NCBI GenBank assembly: GCA_963817125.1
Contig: CAWFNB010000004.1
Coordinates: 139,144 to 203,143, forward strand
Source: an uncultured Actinomycetota bacterium
Lineage (GTDB): Bacteria > Actinomycetota > Actinomycetes > Propionibacteriales > Nocardioidaceae
DNA length: 64,000 bases
Direction: 5' to 3'
The notes under the pieces are model-generated. The model was not told where the DNA came from, did no database searches, and worked only from the letters and a program-made list of their open reading frames with translations. Shown here in pieces: positions 27,502 through 36,141 of this stretch (its first letter is position 1; each line of letters opens with the position of its first letter). Made by a program: the position numbers and the translations under genes.

Positions 27502-27639
27502 ATGAAGAACTTCACGCGCAGGATCGCCGTCATCGTTGGTGCCGTGGCGTTGTCCATCGGTCTGATCGGGGCCGCCGCTCCTGCTCACGCGGACGACGCG
27601 TCCCCGGCCGGCCGCGGCGACTCCAGCTGGGGTTTCTAG
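27502..27639 (+). CDS. small secreted pre-peptide (45 aa), not in the ORF track
   Basis: ATG at 27502 with GGGGA 5 nt upstream. MKNFTRRIAVIVGAVALSIGLIGAAAPAHA|DDASPAGRGDSSWGF has canonical n/h/c signal-peptide regions and an AHA cleavage site. 38 of 45 codons end in G/C despite an AT-rich surrounding. Confidence 0.55.
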   Translation: MKNFTRRIAVIVGAVALSIGLIGAAAPAHADDASPAGRGDSSWGF

Positions 27640-27652
27640 GCGGCCAAGAGGT

Positions 27653-27720
27653 TTGAGACGAGGACCCGACTTTCCCCCCACTTGTCCGGTTCGAGCGCCT
27701 ACCCCCCAGGCCCGTCTCAA
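27653..27720 (+). ncRNA. candidate 6C-family small RNA core (two C-rich loops)
   Basis: Closing helix TTGAGACG(27653-60)/CGTCTCAA(27713-20). Hairpin 27662-27692 has loop UUUCCCCCCACUU. Hairpin 27697-27711 has loop ACCCCCC. A terminator hairpin follows. Confidence 0.45.
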
Positions 27721-27723
27721 CAG

Positions 27724-27759
27724 CACGAGGGCAGTGACCGCAAGGTCGCTGCCCTCGTG
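27724..27759. terminator. 16-bp GC-rich hairpin (one G-U) with GCAA loop
   Basis: CACGAGGGCAGTGACC-GCAA-GGTCGCTGCCCTCGTG followed by ACATTTG. Lies between the convergent small ORF/sRNA and the LuxR-type gene. Confidence 0.55.
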
Positions 27760-27835
27760 ACATTTGCCGGCACACGGGGTTTCCGGCGGTGCCACGGAAC
27801 ATCGCCGGAAGGACGCCGGCGGAGCTGAGCACACC

Positions 27836-28849
27836 TCACTCCGCCGGCTCATCCTCGATGTCCTCGTGGCCAGAGATTCCCATCCGGCCCATCGTGTAGC
27901 CGAGCTGGAAGCGCGTCTCCGCGTCGTACTCGGTCTTGAGGTCGGCGACGTAGCCGGCGTAGGTCCGCGGGCTGACGCCCAGCCTCTTGGCGCTGACCGG
28001 GTCGCTGTGGCCCTCGATCAGCATCCGCATCGTCATCGCGCGCTGCTCGACGGCGATGTCCTTCATCAGGGAGGTCTCGCGGTTGGTGAACGGCCGGGCC
28101 CGCTCCCAGGAGCGCTCGAAGACGTCGACCAGGTAGGCGACCACCGCCGGCTCCCGCACTGCCACCGCCACGGAGAGGTCCTCCTGGTTGGGGATCACGG
28201 CCACCCGCCGGTCCACGACGATCATCCGGTTGAAGAACTCGTCGAGGGTGCGCACCTCGGCACCGCGGGCGGTCACCGCGGCGACGTACTTGTGGGTGAC
28301 CGAGCTGCGTCGTGCGCTGTGCTGGTAGAGGGTGCGCATCATGGCGCCCCGTTCGAGGAGCTCGATGTCACGCAGCGCGGCCATGGCCAGGAACCGTGGG
28401 TCGCGGCCGGCTTGGGGCTGCGCGGTGAGCATCTCCTCCTCGCACTCGGCGACGATCTGCTCGAGGAAGGGGTTGATCGCGGAGTCGCGCAGGTAGGTGA
28501 ACGGGCCGCGTGCGGAGGACTGCGGGGCGCGGCGCCAGGTCTGGGAGAGGCTGCTGAACGCCGAGGACCACTGTGAGGACTCCGAGAGGAGCTTGGCGGC
28601 CTCCTGGCTCAGCGGCGATACGACGCGGGACTGGACGCTGGTCGGGTCCTCAGGCGCCCAGCCGTCCTGCTCGCTGTCGAAGATGACCAGGCCCATCTCG
28701 ACCAGCAGGTCGAAGGCCTTGCGCAGCTCGCCGTCCTCGGCGATCCGGTAGTCGGACGCGGCGAGGCCGCCCTTGGCGCAGATCTCCTCGTACAACTTGG
28801 TGGCGTCGTCCTCGAAGAGGGCACGCTCATCAGGCCCGTAGCCCGGCAT
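27836..28849 (-). CDS. LuxR-type HTH transcriptional regulator with a large N-terminal (TrmB-like) region
   Basis: 337 aa. C-terminal LuxR/GerE HTH RAMTMRMLIEGHSDPVSAKRLGVSPRTYAGYVADLKTEY. N-terminal winged-helix-like KLYEEICAKGGL...LVEMGLV. Confidence 0.75.
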   Translation of the reverse strand: MPGYGPDERALFEDDATKLYEEICAKGGLAASDYRIAEDGELRKAFDLLVEMGLVIFDSEQDGWAPEDPTSVQSRVVSPLSQEAAKLLSESSQWSSAFSSLSQTWRRAPQSSARGPFTYLRDSAINPFLEQIVAECEEEMLTAQPQAGRDPRFLAMAALRDIELLERGAMMRTLYQHSARRSSVTHKYVAAVTARGAEVRTLDEFFNRMIVVDRRVAVIPNQEDLSVAVAVREPAVVAYLVDVFERSWERARPFTNRETSLMKDIAVEQRAMTMRMLIEGHSDPVSAKRLGVSPRTYAGYVADLKTEYDAETRFQLGYTMGRMGISGHEDIEDEPAE

Positions 28850-28934
28850 GACTCACCACCCTCCGACGGCCCCGTGGAGCACCGTCGATGATTCCACAAC
28901 GTGGACCGCGTGACCTGTGGGTCGTGGGAGTTCG

Positions 28935-30797
28935 TCAGATGTCGACGGCGATGCCGAGCCGGGCCTTCAGCCCGTCCAGCTCGGTCCACAGCACGGTGGG
29001 GAGCTGGTCGCCGAACTTCTCGAACCACTCCTGGATCTGCGGGATCTCGGCCTTCCACTCCTCGACGTCGACCGCCAGCGCGGCCTCGAGCGCCTCATCG
29101 GTCATGTCGAGCCCCTCGACGTCCAGGGCGTCCTTGGTCGGCACGTGCCCGATCGGCGTCTCAACGGCAGCCGCCATGCCGTCCATCCGCTCGACGACCC
29201 ACTTGAGCACCCGGCTGTTCTCGCCGAATCCCGGCCACAGGAAGTCGCCCTCGTCGTCCCGGCGGAACCAGTTGACGTAGAAGATGCGCGGCAGCTTCGC
29301 GGCGTCGTTCTCCTTGCCGACCGTGATCCAGTGGTTGAAGTAGTCGCCGGCGTGGTAGCCGATGAACGGCAGCATCGCCATCGGGTCGCGGCGCACCACA
29401 CCGACCTGGCCGACTGCGGCGGCGGTGGTCTCGCTGGACAGGGTGGCGCCCAGGAAGGTGCCGTGGACCCAGTCGCGGGCCTCGAACACGAGCGGAACGG
29501 TGGTCTTGCGGCGGCCGCCGAACAGGATCGCGTCGATCGGGACGCCGCGCGGGTCGTCGTACTCCGGGGCGAGGATGTCGCACTGCTTGATCGGCGTGCA
29601 GTAGCGGCTGTTGGGGTGGCTGGACAGCTCCTCGCTGTCGGGCGTCCAGGGCTCGCCCTTCCACGAGGTGGCGTGGGCGGGCGGGTTCTCGAGGCCCTCC
29701 CACCAGATGTCGCCGTCCTCGGTGAGCGCGACGTTGGTGAAGACCGAGTTGCCCTTGTTGATGGTCTTCATCGCGTTGGGGTTGGTGTGCTCGTTGGTGC
29801 CCGGCGCGACGCCGAAGAAGCCGTACTCCGGGTTGACCGCCCACAGCCGGCCGTCCTCGCCGACCTTCATCCACGCGATGTCGTCGCCGAGGGTCTCGAC
29901 CTTCCAGCCCGGGATGGTCGGCTCGAGCATGGCGAGGTTGGTCTTGCCGCAGGCGCTCGGGAACGCCGCGGCGATGTACTTCGTGCTGCCCTCGGGGCTG
30001 GTCAGCTTGAGGATCAGCATGTGCTCGGCGAGCCAGCCCTCGTCGCGGGCCATCACGCTGGCGATCCGCAGCGCGTAGCACTTCTTGCCGAGCAGCGCGT
30101 TGCCGCCGTACCCGGAGCCGTAGGACCAGATCGCCCGCTCCTCGGGGAACTGGACGATGTACTTGGTGTCGTTGCACGGCCAGGCGACGTCCTGCTCGCC
30201 CTCGGCCAGCGGGTGCCCGACCGAGTGGAGGGCCGGCACGAAGTCTGCGTCCAGCTCGGTCATCCGCTCGAGGACGTGGGAGCCCATGCGGGACATCACG
30301 CGCATCGACGCCGTGACGTACGCCGAGTCGGTGATCTCGATGCCGAACATCGGCTGCTCGGCCTCGAGGTGGCCCATCACGAAGGGGATGACGTACATCG
30401 TGCGCCCGACCATGCAGCCGTCGTAGAGCTTGCGCATGATGGCCTTCATCTCGTCCGGGGCCATCCAGTTGTTGGTGGGCCCGCAGTCCTTCTCGTCGAC
30501 CGAGCAGATGAAGGTGCGCTCTTCCACGCGCGCGACGTCGCTCGGGTCGCTGGCGGCGTAGAAGGAGTTCGGCTTGATCGCCGGGTCGAGCTGGGTGAAC
30601 GTGCCCGTTGCCATCAGGGCGCTGGTGAGCTCGGTCCACTCCTCGTCGGAACCGGTGCACCAGTGGATGCGGTCCGGCTTGGTCATCGCAGCGACCTCGT
30701 TGACGAAGCCGAGGATGCCCTGGTGGGTCGTCGGCGCGGCGCCGGGCTTCGAGGCCGTCTCGCTCGTCGTGTCGCTGGCGTTCTGCGTGGCGGTCAT
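28935..30797 (-). CDS. pckG: phosphoenolpyruvate carboxykinase (GTP)
   Basis: ATG at 30797 (MTATQNAS). GTP-PEPCK signatures [13 protein letters not shown] and [17 protein letters not shown]. 620 aa. Confidence 0.95.
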   Translation of the reverse strand: MTATQNASDTTSETASKPGAAPTTHQGILGFVNEVAAMTKPDRIHWCTGSDEEWTELTSALMATGTFTQLDPAIKPNSFYAASDPSDVARVEERTFICSVDEKDCGPTNNWMAPDEMKAIMRKLYDGCMVGRTMYVIPFVMGHLEAEQPMFGIEITDSAYVTASMRVMSRMGSHVLERMTELDADFVPALHSVGHPLAEGEQDVAWPCNDTKYIVQFPEERAIWSYGSGYGGNALLGKKCYALRIASVMARDEGWLAEHMLILKLTSPEGSTKYIAAAFPSACGKTNLAMLEPTIPGWKVETLGDDIAWMKVGEDGRLWAVNPEYGFFGVAPGTNEHTNPNAMKTINKGNSVFTNVALTEDGDIWWEGLENPPAHATSWKGEPWTPDSEELSSHPNSRYCTPIKQCDILAPEYDDPRGVPIDAILFGGRRKTTVPLVFEARDWVHGTFLGATLSSETTAAAVGQVGVVRRDPMAMLPFIGYHAGDYFNHWITVGKENDAAKLPRIFYVNWFRRDDEGDFLWPGFGENSRVLKWVVERMDGMAAAVETPIGHVPTKDALDVEGLDMTDEALEAALAVDVEEWKAEIPQIQEWFEKFGDQLPTVLWTELDGLKARLGIAVDI

Positions 30798-31093
30798 CCG
30801 GTGGTCCTCTGGCAGCTTCGCGTTGCGTGGCTCGCGCGGCATCGTTGTCGGCGACTCAGTTGTCCCCTCGACCGCGACGGAACTGCCGGTCCCGGCCCCG
30901 GGGTGCCTGACGCTACCGCCGCCCAGACCGCCTTCATATTGGATCGTTCAACGCCTATGACCCGCGTCACACTGGCCGCACGAGTCCATCTGTGGGGCTT
31001 CAGACCGCATTCCAGGTCGGGTCGATGAGCGATTCGGACCCCTCGATGGGTTGCGGCTATCCTCGTCCAGTCCTGCGGCGCGCCGCGGACACG

Positions 31094-31169
31094 GCGCCCG
31101 TAGCTCAACGGATAGAGCATCTGACTACGGATCAGAAGGTTGGGGGTTCGAATCCCTCCGGGCGCGCCA
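31094..31169 (+). tRNA. tRNA-Arg (anticodon ACG), CCA encoded
   Basis: GCGCCCGTAGCTCAACGGATAGAGCATCTGACTACGGATCAGAAGGTTGGGGGTTCGAATCCCTCCGGGCGCGCCA. Anticodon loop CTACGGA. Confidence 0.9.
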
Positions 31170-31202
31170 CCCAGTGCTCACAGACGTCTCTGCGAATCGA
31201 GG

Positions 31203-32369
31203 GTGACGTTGGCACCTGCTGACTTCCCGGCACGAGCGTCGGTCGTCATCGTCGGTGGCGGCGTGATCGGGCTGAGCACCGCCTACCACCTGGCCGCGGC
31301 GGGCGTCCCCGATGTGGTGCTGGTCGAGCAGGCGGCGTTCGGCTCCGGGTCCACGTGCAAGGCGGCCGGGGGCGTCCGGGCCCAGTTCTCCGACGGGGTC
31401 AACATCGAGCTGGGCCGGCGCAGCCTCGAGGCGTTCGCAAGGTTCGGGCAGGAGCTCGACCAGGAGATCGACCTGCATCGCGTCGGCTACCTGTTCCTGC
31501 TCGACCGACCCGACCACGTCGCAGCGTTCGAGCAGAACGTGGCGCTCCAGAACGAGCTGGGCGTGCCCAGCCGGATGATCGACGTCGCCGAGGCCACGAG
31601 GCTCTCGCCGCTGATCGCGACCGACGGCCTGCTGGCCGCCGCGTGGTCGCCGAACGACGGGCACTGCACCCCCGAGTCGGTCGTCCTCGGGTACGCCGGA
31701 GCGGCGCGCCGCTGCGGCGCGCGGCTGGTCCGGGACTGTCGGGTGACCGGGATCGTGACCGAGGACGGCACCATCACCGCCGTACAGACCGACCGCGGTG
31801 CGATCAGGACGACCGTCGTCATCTGCGCTGCCGGTGCGTGGTCCCGCCAGGTCGGGGACCTGGCCGGGGTGAGCCTCCCGGTGGAGCCGCTGCGACGGCA
31901 GGTCCTGACGACCGAGCCGATGGCAGGCCTCGACCCCCACACGCCGTTCACGATCGACTTCTCGACCAGCTTCTACTTCCACCGCGAGGGCGGCGGTCTC
32001 CTGCTCGGCATGTCCGATCCCGACGAGCAGCCCGGGTTCAAGCTCGGCCGGTCCGACGACTGGCTGCCGCGACTCGGCGCGGCGATCGAGCACCGAGCCC
32101 CGAAGGTGGCCGAGGTCGGCATCGCCAGTGGGTGGGCCGGGCTCTACGAGATGACCCCCGACCACAATGGACTGGTGGGTGAAGCCGCGGACGTGTCCCG
32201 CTTCCTGTATGCGACCGGCTTCTCCGGACACGGGTTCCTGATGGGACCCGCCATCGGGGAGGTGATGCGAGACCTCTACCTCGGCAACCGGCCCGTCGTC
32301 GACGTCAGCGGCCTCGACGCCCGCCGATTCGCCGACAGTGGCACCCGCCCCGAGCTCAACATCGTCTGA
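31203..32369 (+). CDS. FAD-dependent oxidoreductase (DAO/sarcosine-oxidase-beta-like)
   Basis: GTG at 31203. Dinucleotide-binding motif SVVIVGGGVIGLSTAYHLA and C-terminal GFSGHGF. Starts 33 nt after tRNA-Arg. Confidence 0.8.
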   Translation: MTLAPADFPARASVVIVGGGVIGLSTAYHLAAAGVPDVVLVEQAAFGSGSTCKAAGGVRAQFSDGVNIELGRRSLEAFARFGQELDQEIDLHRVGYLFLLDRPDHVAAFEQNVALQNELGVPSRMIDVAEATRLSPLIATDGLLAAAWSPNDGHCTPESVVLGYAGAARRCGARLVRDCRVTGIVTEDGTITAVQTDRGAIRTTVVICAAGAWSRQVGDLAGVSLPVEPLRRQVLTTEPMAGLDPHTPFTIDFSTSFYFHREGGGLLLGMSDPDEQPGFKLGRSDDWLPRLGAAIEHRAPKVAEVGIASGWAGLYEMTPDHNGLVGEAADVSRFLYATGFSGHGFLMGPAIGEVMRDLYLGNRPVVDVSGLDARRFADSGTRPELNIV

Positions 32370-32387
32370 CGACCAAAGGAACCGCAC

Positions 32388-33923
32388 ATGAATGCCCAGT
32401 CCATCCCCACCGGCGCCGAGCTCCAGAACCTGGCGATCCAGACCGCCAGAGCCTGCGGCGTCGACCTCGACGCCGCCGCCGGTGGCGTGGACGCCATGTC
32501 CCCCATCAACGGTGAGCGTCTCAGCTCGTTGGCCTGGACCGACGCCACTGTTGTGGACGACGCCGTCGAGCGCGCCCACAGGGCCTTCCTCGAGTGGCGC
32601 ACCGTGCCGGCACCTGCCCGCGGAGCGCTGGTCAAGCGGCTCGGCGAGCTCCTCGCCGAGCACAAGGACGACCTGGCCGGCCTGATCAGCCTCGAGGTCG
32701 GCAAGATCACCTCCGAGGCCCGCGGCGAGGTGCAGGAGATGATCGACATCTGCGACTTCGCAGTCGGTCTCTCTCGGCAGCTCTACGGACGCACGATGCC
32801 GTCCGAGCGTCCCGGTCACCGGCTCATGGAGACCTGGCACCCGCTGGGCGTCGTGGGCGTGATCAGCGCGTTCAACTTCCCGGCGGCGGTCTGGTCCTGG
32901 AACACCGCCGTCGCCCTGGTCTGCGGGGACCCAGTCGTGTGGAAGCCGTCCGAGCTGACCCCGCTGACGTCGCTGGCCAGCCACGCGATCCTCGCCCAGG
33001 CCATCGCCGAGGTCGGCGCCCCCACCCACTTGTCGCAGGTCCTGATCGGGGGCTCCGACATCGGGCAGGCGCTCGTGGACCACCCGGGCATCGCGCTGCT
33101 CAGCGCGACCGGCTCGACCCGGATGGGCCGCGCTGTGGGCCCGCGGATCGCGAGCCGGTTCGGGCGCGCCCTGCTCGAGCTCGGCGGCAACAACGCCGCG
33201 ATCGTCGGTCCCACCGCCGACCTCGACCTGACCACCCGCGGCATCGTGTTCTCGGCAGCCGGGACCGCCGGGCAGCGGTGCACCACGATGCGCCGGGTGA
33301 TCGCCCACAGCAGCGTGGTCGACGAGCTCACCGACCGACTCGTCTCGACGTACGGCCGGCTGCCCATCGGCAACCCGATGGCCGAGGGCACCCTGGTCGG
33401 TCCGCTGATCCACCGGGGTGCCTACGAGAACATGGAGGCCGCCATCGCCCAGGCCGGTTCCGAGGGCGGCAAGCTGGTCGTGGGCGGCGGACGCGCCCTC
33501 GAGGACGAGGGACCCAACGCCTACTACGCGAGGCCGGCGATCGTCCGCATAGACGAGCAGACGCCGGTGGTCGAGCAGGAGACGTTCGCGCCCTTGCTCT
33601 ACGTGCTTCCCTACGAGGACTTCGACCAGGCGATCGCCATCAACAACGCAGTGCCGCAGGGTCTGTCGTCGAGCGTGTTCACCAGCGACCAGGCCGAGGC
33701 GGAGCGGTTCGTCTCCCCCCAGGGCGCCGACTCCGGGATCGTCAACGTCAACATCGGCACGTCCGGCGCCGAGATCGGCGGCGCGTTCGGGGGCGAGAAG
33801 GAGACCGGAGGCGGGCGCGAGTCCGGATCCGACGCCTGGCGTGCCTACATGCGCAGGGCCACCAACACCGTCAACTTCTCCGGTGAGCTCCCCCTCGCCC
33901 AGGGCGTCGACTTCTCCGTCTGA
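32388..33923 (+). CDS. ALDH7-type aldehyde dehydrogenase (piperideine-6-carboxylate / alpha-aminoadipic semialdehyde dehydrogenase-like)
   Basis: 511 aa. GEVQEMIDICDFAVGLSRQLYG is the antiquitin-family hallmark. ELGGNNA and catalytic Cys in GTAGQRCTT. Confidence 0.85.
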   Translation: MNAQSIPTGAELQNLAIQTARACGVDLDAAAGGVDAMSPINGERLSSLAWTDATVVDDAVERAHRAFLEWRTVPAPARGALVKRLGELLAEHKDDLAGLISLEVGKITSEARGEVQEMIDICDFAVGLSRQLYGRTMPSERPGHRLMETWHPLGVVGVISAFNFPAAVWSWNTAVALVCGDPVVWKPSELTPLTSLASHAILAQAIAEVGAPTHLSQVLIGGSDIGQALVDHPGIALLSATGSTRMGRAVGPRIASRFGRALLELGGNNAAIVGPTADLDLTTRGIVFSAAGTAGQRCTTMRRVIAHSSVVDELTDRLVSTYGRLPIGNPMAEGTLVGPLIHRGAYENMEAAIAQAGSEGGKLVVGGGRALEDEGPNAYYARPAIVRIDEQTPVVEQETFAPLLYVLPYEDFDQAIAINNAVPQGLSSSVFTSDQAEAERFVSPQGADSGIVNVNIGTSGAEIGGAFGGEKETGGGRESGSDAWRAYMRRATNTVNFSGELPLAQGVDFSV

Positions 33924-36108
33924 CCAGGTCGCGCACGGCGGTCACGATGTCGTTCTCCCCGAGGAGCACGGTCTCGGCCGCCGGTCCGAGCGGGACGAAG
34001 CTGTCGGCGCTGGTGACCCGGGACAACCGGCCCTCGTAGCCGGCATCGACCAGGGCCGCGACGACGCCCTCGGAGACGCCACCGCTGTGCCGGGTCTCGT
34101 CGACGACGAGGACCGCCGGGAACTCGCGCGCGGCCGAGCTCAGCGCCTCGACGGGCAGCGGCGCGAGCCAGCGGAGGTCGAGCGTCGTGGACCCGATGCC
34201 GCTGGCGGTCAGCGTCTCCGCCGCCCGGCGGCTGAGGTGCACCCCGTTGCCGAACGTCACCAGCAGGACGTCGCCTCCGTCGCCGTACCTGCCCACCTCG
34301 CCCAGGGGTGTGCAGGCGTGAGCCGCGTGCGGTGGGACGTACGTCGCGGTCCACGCCCCGTCGCCGTCCTCGAGGAGGTCGCGCGTGTGGTAGCGGGCGA
34401 TCGGCTCGAGGAACACGCACACCCGACCGTCCTGCTGCGCCAGGTGGAAGCAGGTCCGCAGCAACCCGGGCGCCTCCGACGGGTGGCTCGGTACGGCGAG
34501 CACCAGCCCGGGAATGTCGCGAAGGACGGCGACGGAGTTGTCGTTGTGGAAGTGGCCGCCGAACCCACGCTGGTAGGCGAGGCCGGCGACCCGGACCACC
34601 ATGCCGTTGTGGTACTGGTCGTTGGAGAAGAACCGCAGGGTCGCGGCCTCGCCGCGCAGCTGGTCCTCGGCGTTGTGCAGGTAGGCGAGGTACTGGATCT
34701 CGGGGATGGGCACCATCCCGACGAGCGCCGCTCCGAGTGCCGTCCCGAGGATCGTCTGCTCGTCCAGCAGCGTGTCGAACACGCGACGACCCCCGAACCG
34801 CTTCCGGAGACCTCGGGTGACGCCGTACACCCCGCCCTTGACGGCGACGTCCTCTCCGAAGACCAGGGCCTCCGGGTGGGCGGCCATCAGGTCCGCGAGG
34901 GTGGCGTTCACGGCCTGCGCGAGGGTCATCGCCGGCCCGTCCTCCGGCAGCCGGCCGTCCCAGGCGCGGACCCGGTCGTCGTTCGAGAGGAGCGCCCGGG
35001 GGGTCGGCGCCGGGTCGGTGAACATGAGCGGAGCCATGACCGCCTCCCTGCTGACCAGCTGCTCCCCGTCGACCACCTGCTTGGCCTCGTCCATGACCTG
35101 CTGCCGAACCGCCTCGTAGCGGTCCAGCACCTCCGACGCCGACATCAGGCCCCGGTCGACCAGGGCAAGGGCCGTGCCGAGGAGGGGATCTCGCGCGTAG
35201 TCGGCCAGGATCTCGCTCCGGGACCGGTAGGCGATCTCCGCGTCCGAGCCGGCATGTCCCATGAACCTCACGGTGGACAGATGGAGCACCGCGGCCCGAC
35301 GGCTCCCTCGAACGGTGGCCAACGAGTCCGTGACCACGGACAGCAGCGACGTCGGGTCGACACCCTCGGCATGCCAGTACCGGAGGCCCGGCAGGCGCTC
35401 GAGCGCAGCCGCCGGCCAGCCACCCGGTGACCTCGTGCTGATCCCGATGCCGTTGTCCTCGCACACGAACAGGACCGGGCAGGGAATGTCGCGGTGGCCC
35501 AGATAGGCAGCGGCGTTGAACGCTCCGGTCGCGGTGGAGTGGTTCGCGGACGCGTCACCGAAGCTGCACAGCACGACGGCGTCCGCGGGCCAGGGAGGCT
35601 CCACACCGGTGTCGCGGCTCAGGTCGAGGGCGTAGGCGAGACCGACCGCCCGGGGGAGGTGGGAGCCGATGGTGGACGTCTGGGGAATGATGTTCAGGCT
35701 CCGATGGCCGAACACCTTGTGCCGGCCGCCCGACATCGGATCGCTCGTCGCCGAGGTCAGGCTCAGGAGCACGTCACGGACGGCGAGCCGGTTGCCTGCA
35801 CGGGCGGCTCGCGCGGCGTAGAACCCGCCGGAGCGGTAGTGGAGCAGCGCCGGGTCGTCGACCCGGGACAGGAGACCGAGCGCCGCGTTGCTCTCGTGAC
35901 CGGCCGAGCCGATCGTGTAGTAGCCAGCGCCCTGGGACTGCAGCCAGCGAGCCGCGAAGTCGAGGTGCCGGCTCTGCGCCTGGGCGTCGAACAGCAGACA
36001 TAGCGCGTCGTCGTCAGGAGCGGGCCCGGGTCGCGCAGCGACTTGGCTTCGCGCCCTGAGACGGCGGACGAAGTACTCGTCGATCGTCTCCACGTCGAGA
36101 TCCTCCAC
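33871..36108 (-). CDS. fused alpha/beta E1 component of a 2-oxoacid dehydrogenase (TPP-dependent)
   Basis: 745 aa. TPP-binding region CSFGDASANHSTATGAFN...VCEDNGIGIS in the N-terminal half. Transketolase-like pyrimidine-binding and C-terminal domains in the second half. Confidence 0.8.
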   Translation of the reverse strand: MEDLDVETIDEYFVRRLRARSQVAARPGPAPDDDALCLLFDAQAQSRHLDFAARWLQSQGAGYYTIGSAGHESNAALGLLSRVDDPALLHYRSGGFYAARAARAGNRLAVRDVLLSLTSATSDPMSGGRHKVFGHRSLNIIPQTSTIGSHLPRAVGLAYALDLSRDTGVEPPWPADAVVLCSFGDASANHSTATGAFNAAAYLGHRDIPCPVLFVCEDNGIGISTRSPGGWPAAALERLPGLRYWHAEGVDPTSLLSVVTDSLATVRGSRRAAVLHLSTVRFMGHAGSDAEIAYRSRSEILADYARDPLLGTALALVDRGLMSASEVLDRYEAVRQQVMDEAKQVVDGEQLVSREAVMAPLMFTDPAPTPRALLSNDDRVRAWDGRLPEDGPAMTLAQAVNATLADLMAAHPEALVFGEDVAVKGGVYGVTRGLRKRFGGRRVFDTLLDEQTILGTALGAALVGMVPIPEIQYLAYLHNAEDQLRGEAATLRFFSNDQYHNGMVVRVAGLAYQRGFGGHFHNDNSVAVLRDIPGLVLAVPSHPSEAPGLLRTCFHLAQQDGRVCVFLEPIARYHTRDLLEDGDGAWTATYVPPHAAHACTPLGEVGRYGDGGDVLLVTFGNGVHLSRRAAETLTASGIGSTTLDLRWLAPLPVEALSSAAREFPAVLVVDETRHSGGVSEGVVAALVDAGYEGRLSRVTSADSFVPLGPAAETVLLGENDIVTAVRDLVRRRSRRPGRGGAHRRS

Positions 36109-36141
36109 GACGGCAGGTCCACAGTCACCTACCGTCGTGAC

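Noticed and set aside
27610-27624. GRGDS, the fibronectin integrin-binding pentapeptide, inside the predicted mature peptide
   Set aside because: A 5-aa match rich in Gly/Arg/Asp is easily produced by chance in a high-GC genome. There is no supporting context for eukaryotic cell adhesion.
27044-28849. Integrated mobile element at tRNA-Ser(GCT)
   Set aside because: I found no integrase or excisionase, and no direct repeat of the tRNA 3' end downstream. Only the compositional dip hints at it, so it is reported merely as an AT-rich spacer.
28917-33413. 703-aa plus-strand ORF over pckG and 762-aa minus-strand ORF over the FAD oxidase/ALDH genes
   Set aside because: Same reasoning: the opposite strands carry unmistakable PEPCK, DAO and ALDH7 motifs.
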